Assembly: GCA_965229705.1 (NCBI GenBank) | Contig: OZ245922.1 | Coordinates: forward strand, 180,001 to 212,000 | Reading direction: 5' to 3' | Origin: Candidatus Saccharimonadota bacterium | Lineage (GTDB): Bacteria > Patescibacteriota > Gracilibacteria > BD1-5 > UBA6164 | Length of the DNA stretch: 32,000 bases | Shown here: positions 1 to 11,225 of the stretch, piece after piece | Layout of the letters: each line of letters starts with the position of its first letter | Position numbering within the stretch: the stretch's first letter is position 1 | Notes under the pieces: model-generated | Told to the model about the DNA's origin: nothing | What the model saw: the letters and a program-made list of their open reading frames with translations, nothing else | Database searches by the model: none | Position numbers and translations under genes: made by a program

Positions 1-133
1 AGAGCAATGACAATGAGTAAATGAGGTTGCCGCTGAAACATCAAAACTTCCCGATACGGGAACAGAACATATTCTCCTGCTCATCATTGCAGCGATTGCT
101 GGACTAGGATTGTATACGAGAATGAGAAAATAA
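1..133 (+). CDS. 3' end of a sortase-anchored (LPXTG-type) surface protein, 5' partial
   Basis: The frame ending at TAA 131-133 reads ...AETSKLPDTGTEHILLLIIAAIAGLGLYTRMRK. That is an LPDTG motif, a hydrophobic span and a basic tail, the classic cell-wall sorting signal. Confidence 0.6.
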
Positions 134-146
134 ATACCAAAAAAAT

Positions 147-178
147 AAATCCGAGCTCTACAGCTCGGATTTATTTTT
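147..178. terminator. Hairpin plus T-run between convergent genes (likely bidirectional intrinsic terminator)
   Basis: aaatccgagct (147-157) pairs perfectly with agctcggattt (162-172) around a 4-nt loop. It is followed by atttttat on + and preceded by an A-run, which is a T-run on the minus strand. Confidence 0.6.
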
Positions 179-560
179 ATACTTCGTTGAGCATTTTCAG
201 AATTTCATCTGGATCTTCTTCTGTTTCGCTCTTGTCAGCTGCTTTGGCAGCTGCTACTTTCTTTTTTCCTTCTTTTACCTGCATCTCCTGCCACTCAATC
301 AGATGTTTCTCGTTAAGAGACTTAATCTCTTTTTGGTATTTTGTTTCGAGCTCTTGGAGCTTTTTTCTTTCTGTATCAAGTATATCATAGAGTCTGTCTA
401 TTTGGGTATCATTCATTGATGGCATGATATCAAACCAGTACTGTCTCTCATCATGGTCCATAGATTCTGTTGCGAGAATGAGCTCTATGAGCTCAGGGAA
501 TTTTGCCTGCATCTCATCGGATACTTGAAAGGTTTTATCTCCTTTTTTTAGTTCAGCCAT
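177..560 (-). CDS. Hypothetical acidic coiled-coil protein (127 aa)
   Basis: Intact ORF in the track with an ATG start and TAA stop. The N-terminal ...DHDERQYWFDIMPSMNDTQIDRLYDIL... is followed by a Lys/Glu-rich helical tail. No family recognised. Confidence 0.65.
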   Translation of the reverse strand: MAELKKGDKTFQVSDEMQAKFPELIELILATESMDHDERQYWFDIMPSMNDTQIDRLYDILDTERKKLQELETKYQKEIKSLNEKHLIEWQEMQVKEGKKKVAAAKAADKSETEEDPDEILKMLNEV

Positions 561-668
561 AATTTTTTATAAAAATACATATTTTTCATTATATCACGAG
601 CCTGAATTATTTGCAAAAAAAAATACTCTCTCTATACTTTTTTTATTGAATTATTAACTTTTTACACT

Positions 669-917
669 ATGTTTTTTGTATATATAGGCATATATGTATT
701 TATACTTTTATTCTTGTGGGGGTTTTTTCTCATAGCACGCCATCACAGCTTCAAATTTCAGAGATTTAGTACCAATATAGTTCCTGTGACAAATTTTTTG
801 ATGATATTTCTTTTGATATTATCACTTTTGGGTTTTGTTCTCATACTTTCTCTTGACCGATGAACATCGCAGCTGCGTATAGATATGACGCGACCTCAAG
901 ATATATCATACTACTAA
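669..917 (+). CDS. Small two-TM membrane protein (82 aa), hypothetical
   Basis: Track ORF 669..863 continues through TGA 861-863 to TAA 915-917. It has two hydrophobic helices and lies 17 nt upstream of the next gene. No homology recognised. Confidence 0.35.
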
Positions 918-933
918 TACTTTCTTGATATTT

Positions 934-2271
934 ATGAGTACACAGAAAATACTATTTGCTATTATTGGAATTATCTTCATTTGAGCTCTTTTTTTTCTTA
1001 TGAGCGTTTTGACCTCATGACAAGGATCAAAATCAGTATCAGCCACACAGTGAAAATTTACTGTATGGATACTCAGTGACGATGCTGGAGATTTTCAGTC
1101 ATATTTATGATATTTTAAAGAAGCTTTCCCACAATATCGTTCCAAAAACATTGTTGTGGAAAGTTTTTTGGATATGCAAACATATAAGAATACTCTCATA
1201 TCAGCAATAGGGAGTGAAAAAGCGCCAGATGTTTTTATGCTTCCTGCATGAGAAGAGTCTATATTTGAAAACTTTATTGCCTGAGTTGATCCTGAGAGAG
1301 TGAGTCCGAGCGACTTTCGTTTAGCATTTCGAGAAAATTTTTCTCAAGACCTTATTGTCAGTACTGATGATGATACACGAGAGTTTTTGAGATGAGTTCC
1401 AGCATGATACGAGACTTTGTGATTTTTTTATAATAGAAAATATTTTCTCAAACCTTCTGAACTCAACTCATGGAATGATATAGAAAAAGAAATACAAAAC
1501 ATATCTTACAAGCATTCAAACATTGTTCCTCTTGCTCTTTGAGCCACAAGTGGGATGTTGCACTTGAGCGATATCCTTGGAGCATTTTTTGTCCTTGATG
1601 GAGTGAGGGATCTCTGACAAATACCAAATACGACAGTGAAGCAGTGATTAGCTCAATATCTTTCTTATGGAGATCGTTCTTGATCGAATGGTTATGACGC
1701 TGTAAAAAATCGTTATCCTGATAAGACGGAACTGGATTTTTTTGTAGAGGGGGAGGTCGCTGCTATGATTTGATATCCAAGAGACCTCTTTGCTATTGAT
1801 AGCGTTGGGTATCAGAAGAGTTTTTTGTTTGTGCGTCCTTTTCCACAATATGCTTCGGAGTTTTCTGAAAAAAAGATTTTTGCGAAATACAATTTTTTTG
1901 CGACACATAAAGACACACAGTTTTATGATATGGCGCAAGATTTTCTTTCTTTTGTCGTATCTCAAACAGGACAGGAAAAATACATAGAAACTTTTCCGCA
2001 TTATTTATCTCCATCATTGATGGTGATGTCTGATATTTCTGAGAAGAAAATTCTTCCTGCTTATAACATCGTGTATAAAAACTTTCTTCCAGAAGAAGGA
2101 GAAGTCGTAACCTTTAATTTTGGAGATATACAGTTGTTTGAATCGGAGATTGTCTCTGTTCTCAAACAGTGACCTCAAGCAGACATTGCTTTTGCTGATC
2201 TTCGAGCTTATATTCGGTGTAGTAGCATGAAGCATAGTTCGCTTATGAACCTTTCAAATTCTTGTAAGTAA
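934..2271 (+). CDS. Membrane-anchored extracellular solute-binding-protein-like protein (445 aa)
   Basis: One frame is open from ATG 934 to TAA 2269-2271 only if about 15 in-frame TGA are sense. It has an N-terminal anchor MSTQKILFAIIGIIFIGALFFLM. The internal ...GVPAGYETLGFFYNRKYF... resembles family-1 ABC substrate-binding proteins. Track ORF 1825..2172 is its C-terminal fragment. Confidence 0.6.
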
Positions 2272-2410
2272 CTATAGAAATGCGAAAAAACTTCGTATTT
2301 CATCGTCAAAATCCAACATTGTCTTCAAACATGTACAATAGAGTAGGCTTATTTCAGCCAAGTTGATTTTTCCTTGAACTATTTGTTTTTACATATTTCT
2401 TATTTTTTAG
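2272..2410. repeat. Copy A of a ~138-nt conserved non-coding element (inverted relative to copy B at 9291-9427)
   Basis: Hand alignment of 2272-2410 against the reverse complement of 9291-9427 gives roughly 120 of 138 identical positions and one 1-nt indel. The element starts immediately after the stop codon at 2271. Confidence 0.8.
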
Positions 2411-2447
2411 AAAAAATCCCCTTTCTTTTTACACAGAGAGGGGATTT
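2405..2447 (-). terminator. Intrinsic terminator of the minus-strand gene 2475..2825
   Basis: aaatcccctttct (2414-2426) pairs with agagaggggattt (2435-2447) with one mismatch. On the minus strand the stem is followed by ttttttct. Confidence 0.55.
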
Positions 2448-2474
2448 ATAGTAGAGAATTATCGAAATCTCATT

Positions 2475-2825
2475 TTACATATCACTGAGTGCCTGTTTGA
2501 AATGATCAAAGAGGTGGTTCACAAGATCATCAAGATTTTTATAATCTTCTCGCTCAAAACGGAATGTTTTTCCGTCAAGGTTCGCTTGAATCTTCCCATC
2601 AAAGAGACCCTTTTTATTCTTGTCTGCTGTGAGTTCTATTCGTCACTGTGCGTCTTTTTTTACAAACTTTGCCAAATAATGAGACAGCTTTGAACTCATA
2701 TTTTGTTCTGCGAGTCTTTCAGCTACCTCTTTAATATGTTCAGGATCATTCGTATGCACGATAAGGTGTGTATTCATGTGTTTGTATTTTTTAGTGATAA
2801 ATGCGATAGTCAGTCTTTCGCGCAT
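2475..2825 (-). CDS. Hypothetical protein (116 aa)
   Basis: Track ORF 2643..2825 (MRERLTIAF...KKDAQ) continues through TGA 2643-2645 as GRIELTADKNKKGLFDGKIQANLDGKTFRFEREDYKNLDDLVNHLFDHFKQALSDM to TAA 2475-2477. No family recognised. Confidence 0.5.
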
Positions 2826-2991
2826 TTTTCACAAGGCTTGTTGGCGCGGAGTTACGTATATCAAAACTTAAGACAAGTGTATTGGATATTTCTTTCAGTG
2901 CAAGGATTTTTTTTAAAAAATAGAGCTTTGAAAAAGCGAAAAAAAAACTATTATTTAAGGAAATTCGGAAAAACTTTCTAAACCTCTATGT

Positions 2992-4422
2992 ATGAATTAC
3001 GAAAAAGTCATCGGTCTTGAAATACATGTTCGAGTCAAATCTCGCAGTAAAATGTTTTGTAACTGTAGAAACGCTCTAGAACTCGAATCAGAACCAAACA
3101 TACATGTTTGCCCAGTATGTATGGGTTTTCCTGGAATGCTCCCAGCAATCAACAAAGAAGTTATACGCTTATGAGTTATTTGATGAATGATGATGAACTG
3201 TGAGATCAATCAGCGATCACGCTTTGATAGAAAATCCTACTTTTATCCAGATCTTCCAAATAGTTTTCAAACAACACAAATGTATGAGCCAATTGTATGA
3301 AAATGAACAGTAAAAACTCTCGTAAACGGAGAAGAAAAAGTATTTGAAATACACCATATGCACCTAGAAAATGATGCAGGAAAACTCTCTCATGCAGGAG
3401 GAAAGACCCTCTGTGACTATAATAGAGCAGGAAGTCCACTTATGGAGATAGTTACCGAACCAGTATTTCATAGTAAAGAAGATGTTATGGAGTTTCTCAA
3501 AGAGCTCCAAAAGATGTTTCGCGCAGCAGGAGTGAGTGATGCAGATATGGAAAAGTGACAACTCAGATGTGATGTCAATATGTCTCTCAGACCAGAGGGA
3601 AGCTCTGAACTGATGAATAGAACAGAACACAAAAATGTGAACTCTTTTTCGGCTATTGGACGATGTATTGACGCAGAGTTTCATCGCCAAAAAAAGATAC
3701 TCGACTCTGGAGGAGTAGTACAGCAAGAGACTCGAGGTTGGGACGATGCGAGCGGGAAGAGTAGTGCTCAGAGAAGCAAGGAAGACGCTATGGATTATAG
3801 ATATGTTCCAGAGCCAGATATTCTCCCAATAGAACTCAGTGATGAGTTTCTCGAGGAGTGTCGAAGTCAGCTAGTAGAGCTGCCAATACAAAAGCGTATA
3901 CGATATCTCAAAGAGTACCAGCTCGGAGAAGATGATGCGCGTATTTTGACGGCTGATTATGAATTGAGCCTGTATTTTGAACAACTTCTCAAACTCACAA
4001 AAGATCCCAAAAAGTCCTGTAGTTATATCACAACAGTGCTACTTGCTCTGATGAATGAGTCAGAAGAGATATCTTCAGTATCCCAGCTGGCTTTTGAACT
4101 GTGAGAACTTGCTCGCGTGATTGAGCTCGTAAATGCTGATGAGCTCTCTTCTACCAATGCAAAAGAAGTGATAACAGAACTCTTTCAAAATGGAGGAAAG
4201 GCAGATATTATCATTGATAAAAATAATCTTCGCCAAAAAAATGATATGTGAGCTCTTGAAGCCATTGTTGATGAGGTTCTTGCAAATAATACTCAGCAAG
4301 TAGAAGACTATAGATGAGGAAATGAGAGGATATTTTGATTTTTTGTGGGACAGTGTATGAAGCTCTCTGCATGACAGGGAAATCCGAAAGTGTTTCATAA
4401 TATTTTACTGAAAAAGTTGTAG
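2992..4422 (+). CDS. gatB: Asp-tRNA(Asn)/Glu-tRNA(Gln) amidotransferase subunit B
   Basis: Contains [15 protein letters not shown]...MFCNC...[29 protein letters not shown] and HLENDAGK. The C-terminus is ...[28 protein letters not shown]. Track pieces 2992..3174, 3358..3558 and 3580..4104 share one frame and are joined by TGA. The stop is TAG 4420-4422. Confidence 0.93.
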
Positions 4423-4452
4423 GATTGTATCTACTGAAAAATATTTATTACA

Positions 4453-4482
4453 AAAGTATAGGTCTATCTATACTTTTTTTTT
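4453..4482 (+). terminator. Intrinsic terminator after gatB
   Basis: aaagtatag (4453-4461) pairs with ctatacttt (4468-4476) around a 6-nt loop, followed by a T-run to 4482. Confidence 0.6.
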
Positions 4483-4556
4483 GCTCAAGTTTTTGCAGAT
4501 ATGTTTTTTTTATGATAGAGTAAACCTATAGCGTTATTTTGAAAATATTTTTAAAA

Positions 4557-6797
4557 ATGTTTTTTCAGTTTTTTACAAAAATGATACAACACCGCAGGTC
4601 TCTCCTCTATATTCTCTTGTGCATATCAGTATTTTTTTTGGTATGAACAGAAAGTGTATTTGCAAATGAGAGTACTTCTCTCAGTGATGATGATAAGAGT
4701 CAGGTAGTCAACATCATCAATGGATTTATTGCGATTGCGGCAACACTTATGGGTTTTGTTACTTCTTTTATCACGCTCTTTCTCAATCCAGGTTGGGTGA
4801 ATGGAACGATGTTTGGTTTGCAAGAATATCTCAAGATTATCTGGGTATTAGTTTCAAATGTGGTGTATTTCATATTTGCATTTATCCTCATCGTCATCGC
4901 ATTTATGAATATTATTGGTCGATGAGAGGGTACATGGGAGCTCAAGCAGGCAATGCCAAGATTTATTGTAGGAATACTGATTGTTCCATTTTCTTGGTTT
5001 TTTGTTCAGTTTATTCTTTCTCTTTCAGCAATTTTAACAGTATGAGTTCTCACGCTTCCTTATGAGGCGTTTCAAGATGAAGATGTTTTTAGTAATGCCT
5101 TGAGTCAGTCAGATATCGCAGTGACAGAGATATGTTCAAATAATATTATTTCCCTGAGTGGAGATTTTTCTCCCTATAGTCCTGAGAGCCTCACAAGTCT
5201 CAATCTTGGGCAACAAGATAATTTTCTTGATGACTATATGATGTGTGTAAAATGATCAGAGATTACGATAGAAGAATTTTTTACATGAGAAAGGAGTGAT
5301 GGAACCGTTTCGGAAAATGCAGTATGAGTACGAAATACAGCGTTCGGAATCATTAATGTGTACTCTTATGGGATTTTACGAATCCAAAACTTGGATACGA
5401 TTAGTCTCGATGATCTCTCAACAGTCAAGACTCTGGCAAATCTGGTTCTCAAGATTATATTTGATATGCTCTTCGTAGTGGTATATCTACTCTTGATGAT
5501 TGCACTGTTTTTAGCTCTTTTTGCGAGAGGTATTCGTTTGTGGATATTTATGATGCTTTCACCGGTATTTGGACTCTTGTATTTCTTTGGGAAGACTGAC
5601 GGAGGTGGAGAGGAAACAAAGGCGTTTAGCGTGAAGGAGTTTATCTGATTGGCGTTGGTACCGGTATATGTGTCGGCTGCGCTGTCTTTTGGTTTGGTCT
5701 TCATACTCGTCTCTGCCCAAGGGATACAGGATAATGTTCAGGGGGGAGATATGTTTAGTATTGACGCATCATGATTTAAGATCACGATTCTTTGAGCTCA
5801 TTCGTCACCAGATGGGAGTGGATCGGAAAAATCGATTATATCAAAGTTGATTGTGGAGATATTTGGTGTAGTGATACTTTGGATTGCGGTGATGGCGGCT
5901 TTGAGGCAGTCGGAGACGACGGGGAATATCGTGAAGCCTATTGCGGATTTTGGAAAATCTGTGGGAGAGCTGGCAACCAAAGCTCCTCAGTATGCTCCTA
6001 TTATTCCAACGCATCAGTGAATGCAGAGTGCTCAAACACTTCAGAGAGTTGGTAATAGACTTGCAAATATGCCTCAAGAACAAGCTTCTAATAGAGCCAA
6101 TGAGTTTTTTAATGGAGCTGGAAGCTCTCCAGATGTACATCAAGCTCGTATTATAGCTGATAAATTTGAGAGAGACATATATAAATCTAATAATGATAAA
6201 ATTGAGTGAATACAAGAGTTTATAAAGACTTTAAATGGAAATCATATGAACTTAAGTACTAACGATACTATTAAGGAAAGTTTTCATAAAATGATGTTCA
6301 ACCTTCTTGGTGATGAAAAATTACAAGAAATAGGAATAACATCTGCAGCGTCTGTAAGCTTCCCTAAAGCAGTAGAAGCTTTTCAAAAATTAAAAAATGA
6401 AAAATCTGAAATAGTTTACCCACTTATTCCTGAAGCAGTTAATGAGTGATCATTGAAGACTTATATTGAGAATGTTCATGAGTGAGAGGTTGATGTAAAT
6501 GTAAATATGAGTGATACAGGAAGTGCTGGAAACATAACTATGACTCTTGAGAATAATAATCACATGGACTTAAATCATACTAGTAGTCATACACTGAATG
6601 AGAACTGAGTAAACGCTGTTGCGGAAAATATAAAAACGAACTTTACAAGTGGAGAATTTACTGAAAAAGAAATAAAAAAAGCTCTGAATGATTTTCTTAA
6701 TGATGAGGTTCATTCAACTCAATTAGATAATGCAGTAAATGCTGTTATTGATAAGCTTGAGGGTGATGATGATTTTAGTTTTAAGAGTAGCTATTAG
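4557..6797 (+). CDS. Large polytopic membrane protein with signal peptide and ~270-aa soluble C-terminal tail (746 codons); VirB6/TrbL-like architecture is speculative
   Basis: A single frame is open from ATG 4557 to TAG 6795-6797 when TGA is sense. It absorbs track ORFs 5358..5648, 6021..6209 and 6246..6449. The N-terminus MFFQFFTKMIQHRRSLLYILLCISVFFLVGTESVFANE looks like a signal peptide. Multiple long hydrophobic helices run to about residue 470, followed by an Asn/Glu/Lys-rich soluble tail. Confidence 0.75.
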
Positions 6798-6920
6798 TTC
6801 AACACAGTTTTCCTTATAATAATAAACTTTTTCTCAGAGCTTGTTTCCTGAGAGAAGACTATATTTTGAGTTTTTGTGGAAAACAATATACTATAGTGTA
6901 TATACAACTCATATAGAAAT

Positions 6921-7169
6921 ATGAATCACATTCAGAAATATGCTTATAAAAACAAAGCTCTTTTTTGGGATATTTCAGATATAGAGAGCTTATCAGAAGT
7001 ATCGATACAAGAACGCTTTATGCAGTATGGAGATTGGAAAGATATTCTTTTTTTACAAGATGTTCTTTGAGAAAAATTTTGACAAAATTATAAGATTATC
7101 AGATGAAAAAAGAGAAAAAATATCTCAAAAAAAACGCAATATTTCTTTGATAAATACCTTCATGTTTAG
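6921..7169 (+). CDS. Small protein (82 aa) translationally coupled to the downstream nucleotidyltransferase; putative antitoxin-like partner
   Basis: Sequence is MNHIQKYAYKNKALFWDISDIESLSEVSIQERFMQYGDWKDILFLQDVLGEKFGQNYKIIRGKKRKNISKKTQYFFDKYLHV with three in-frame TGA. The stop TAG 7167-7169 overlaps the next start (ATGTTTAG). Confidence 0.5.
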
Positions 7170-7773
7170 TAGTATACTTTACCCCTGACAACAAGAAATA
7201 CTTCCACTCTTATGAGTTTTTTGAAAAAATTTTTATCTTGCAGGATGAACAGCTATAGCTCTTCAGATATGACATCGAAAAAGTATAGACTTTGATCTTT
7301 TCTGTAGAGAAGAAATAAAAAATAATAATATTTTGCTTACTCTCAAAAAGCATGGATTTTCTGTAGAGAAAATTTTTGTAGACAATCCTTGAGAAGAACT
7401 AACACTCATGATCTCATGAACAAAAGTGACTTTTCTATACTACCCATTTGACATATATACAAAACATACCTTTCAAGAAATACTACTCCCAGATATACCT
7501 ACTCTTGCAGCAATGAAATTTTATACACTTTGAAGAAGAGGAAAATGGAAAGATTATGTAGATATATATCATATTTTTCAAAAATGATACTCACTTAGTG
7601 ATATTTCAGATCTTGCAGAAAAGATATTTGCCTGATGATACAATGAAAAGCTTCTCAGAGAACAATTATGCTATTTTGAGGATATAGACTTTAGTGAAGA
7701 GGTGGAATACATATGAGAAAGTATTTCTCAAGTGCATATTCAGAAGAGCCTTCAAAACTACGCGATACAATAA
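7162..7773 (+). CDS. Minimal nucleotidyltransferase, AbiEii/AbiGii-toxin-like (203 aa)
   Basis: The N-terminal ...FYLAGGTAIALQIGHRKSIDFDLF... carries the hG[GS]...DxD nucleotidyltransferase signature typical of AbiEii-family proteins. It has many in-frame TGA, an 8-nt overlap with the upstream gene, and stop TAA 7771-7773. Confidence 0.7.
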
Positions 7774-7814
7774 AGCAAACCTTGAAAAAGCTATTTCATT
7801 TTTTCAGAGCTTGC

Positions 7815-8993
7815 TTAATCCCTATATGTAAGAAACGAAAGTGCTTCATCAAAATCAATGATAGATACTCAAGACTCCTCAAACTTTCGCAGAGAAAGAC
7901 GCTGCTTATCTTCTACAATTACAAATTTCCGCTTCCCTTCAATCTTTGCAAGTTTGCGAGATGTTTTTCGAACCTCATTTTTATCCTGAACTCAGGCAAA
8001 GTGAAAACAAACATCAATCACTCACTGATTCATCACTATAAAATCACAGTGAAATCTCCCATAAATACCAGAGTATATCTCAGATGAGTAGTTTTGAAGC
8101 TCCAGAAAGAACGCATTTTTTTTGATTTGCAGAGGATCTTTTTTCCCCAGAAATTGTGCTATACCCAGATCTCAGAAAAAGAAATGAGATTTTGTCGAAA
8201 TATATTTTTGAGATTTTATATCATATACTTTTAGGCATTTGAGTAGTTTGATTCTCTGAGCGATACTCAGATATTCCATGAGTGTGAGTAGCGAGATGTC
8301 TTTTCAGCTTTGAGATATACGCCTATGCACTTCTCTTTTTGAGACACTGTCTCATAACTGAGAGAGGTATTGCATCAACTGATCAAATAGTTCTATATTT
8401 TTTATAGCATAGGGAATAGCCACATCTAACATCAGTATTTCATGATATACTGCTGATAAAAGCATGCTTTTATACTCTTTATCCCCAGCAATACGAACAA
8501 TAGGCAGTCATCAAAGAAAAGACAGATCTTCTCGTCATCGTTCAATCTCCAGAGGCAGAACCTCTATCTCAGATATCTCCTCTCCACGAATATGATTTCA
8601 TATGAGTATAAGTTCATAAAGTCATTTTTTGTAAAAGTAGTTTATAACAGATTTGATATTTTTTATACTATTGCACTCATCAAGAATAATGACTTTTGGT
8701 GTTTTTCTTCCTTTTTCATATTCCTTGAGAATATCAAAAACCTGAGAACTCTCATTTATATTTTGCTGTCCAGAAATACGAGGATGAATATAGAGGAAGT
8801 TCTCTCACGCATATACGGTATCGATATAGTTTTTTACGAGTCAGAGTTTTCCAGACTTGCGAATACCGGTGATACTGATAATTCCTGTATCTTTGAGTAG
8901 TTTTTTCATCTGTTCTTTGAGAGATATTGGGAAGTGGCGAAAAGACTTTGATGAAGCAAAGCGAGACTCTAGGGAGGAGAGTATGTCTTTCAT
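7815..8993 (-). CDS. AAA-type ATPase of the AAA_14/DUF4143 architecture (392 aa) with a degenerate Walker A
   Basis: Starts at ATG 8993 (MKDILSSLESRF...). The P-loop region is IISITGIRKSGKLG and Walker B is KVIILDECN. The C-terminal part ...FFFGDLGIAQFL...IYGRFHCDFIV... resembles DUF4143. Track ORF 8841..9023 is the N-terminal fragment and uses a TTG 30 nt upstream. Stop is TAA 7815-7817. Confidence 0.7.
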
Positions 8994-9048
8994 GATAGTA
9001 TGGAGAGAAAATAATATAGGCAAATGCTGAGAAAATCCTTTTTGTGTT

Positions 9049-9097
9049 CTCGAGACCGGTCTCGAGTTACTTATTTCAAGGACTTGAGACCGGTCTC
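9049..9097. promoter_or_regulatory. Two GC-rich perfect palindromes sharing the core GAGACCGGTCTC (candidate operator pair)
   Basis: ctcgagaccggtctcgag (9049-9066) is an 18-nt perfect palindrome and gagaccggtctc (9086-9097) a 12-nt one. Their centres are 34 nt apart. They lie 56-104 nt upstream of the ATPase start in otherwise AT-rich spacer. Confidence 0.4.
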
Positions 9098-9182
9098 TTA
9101 CACAAGATTTTCCTATTTTTCAGAGCTTCTTTAATTCAATATTTTTTTGTGTTTTTCATGTGTGTAAGATTACAGAAAATAT

Positions 9183-9224
9183 AAAAAAAATCAATTTTTT
9201 ATACTATTAGACTAGTATAAAAAA
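9183..9224 (-). terminator. AT-rich 12-bp hairpin followed (on minus) by a T8 run; possible terminator
   Basis: ttttttatacta (9195-9206) pairs with tagtataaaaaa (9213-9224) around a 6-nt loop. The minus strand continues ttgatttttttt (9194-9183). It lies downstream of repeat copy B when that copy is read on the minus strand. Confidence 0.3.
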
Positions 9225-9252
9225 TATATAAATATATTTTTTTTGAAAAGTT

Positions 9253-9280
9253 TTGTTGACGAGATGATACTTATTATACT
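9253..9280 (+). promoter_or_regulatory. Candidate sigma-70-type promoter for argS (TTGTTG-16 nt-TATACT)
   Basis: -35 ttgttg is at 9253-9258 and -10 tatact at 9275-9280, with a 16-nt spacer. This would put repeat copy B inside a ~180-nt argS 5' UTR. Confidence 0.35.
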
Positions 9281-9290
9281 AGGGAAGCAC

Positions 9291-9427
9291 GGAAAAATAG
9301 GAAATGTGTAAAAACAAGTAGTTCAAGGAAAATGTAACTTGGCTGAAATAAGCGTACTCATTGTACGAGTTTGAAGACAATGTTGCACTTTGACGATGAA
9401 ATACGAAGTTTTTCCGCATTTCCCTAG
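9291..9427. repeat. Copy B of the ~138-nt conserved non-coding element (inverted relative to copy A)
   Basis: The reverse complement aligns to 2272-2410 at ~88 % identity by hand. It ends 38 nt before the argS ATG. Confidence 0.8.
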
Positions 9428-9465
9428 AAGGGCATAAAAAATTACACAAGCCTTATATAACTCTT

Positions 9466-11208
<1,743 letters not shown>

Positions 11209-11225
11209 ATCATAACAAGGTAGAT

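Noticed and set aside
9049-9066. The XhoI-BsaI-AgeI-BsaI-XhoI-like palindrome as a sign of vector or synthetic contamination.
   Set aside because: The flanks are contiguous native AT-rich sequence with code-25 genes on both sides, and no other vector-like sequence is present. I kept it as a candidate operator, but coverage should be checked.
2272-9427. Composite transposon or mobile island bounded by the inverted repeats.
   Set aside because: There is no transposase, integrase or recombinase inside, and no target-site duplication at the repeat edges. The segment also contains the essential gene gatB. Inversion via the repeats remains possible and is listed as a finding.
9291-9465. T-box riboswitch leader upstream of argS.
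   Set aside because: I found no T-box sequence (AANNNGGGTGGTACCGCG-like), no specifier-loop/AGAGA features and no terminator-antiterminator pair. A near-identical copy also exists at 2272-2410, away from any aaRS gene.
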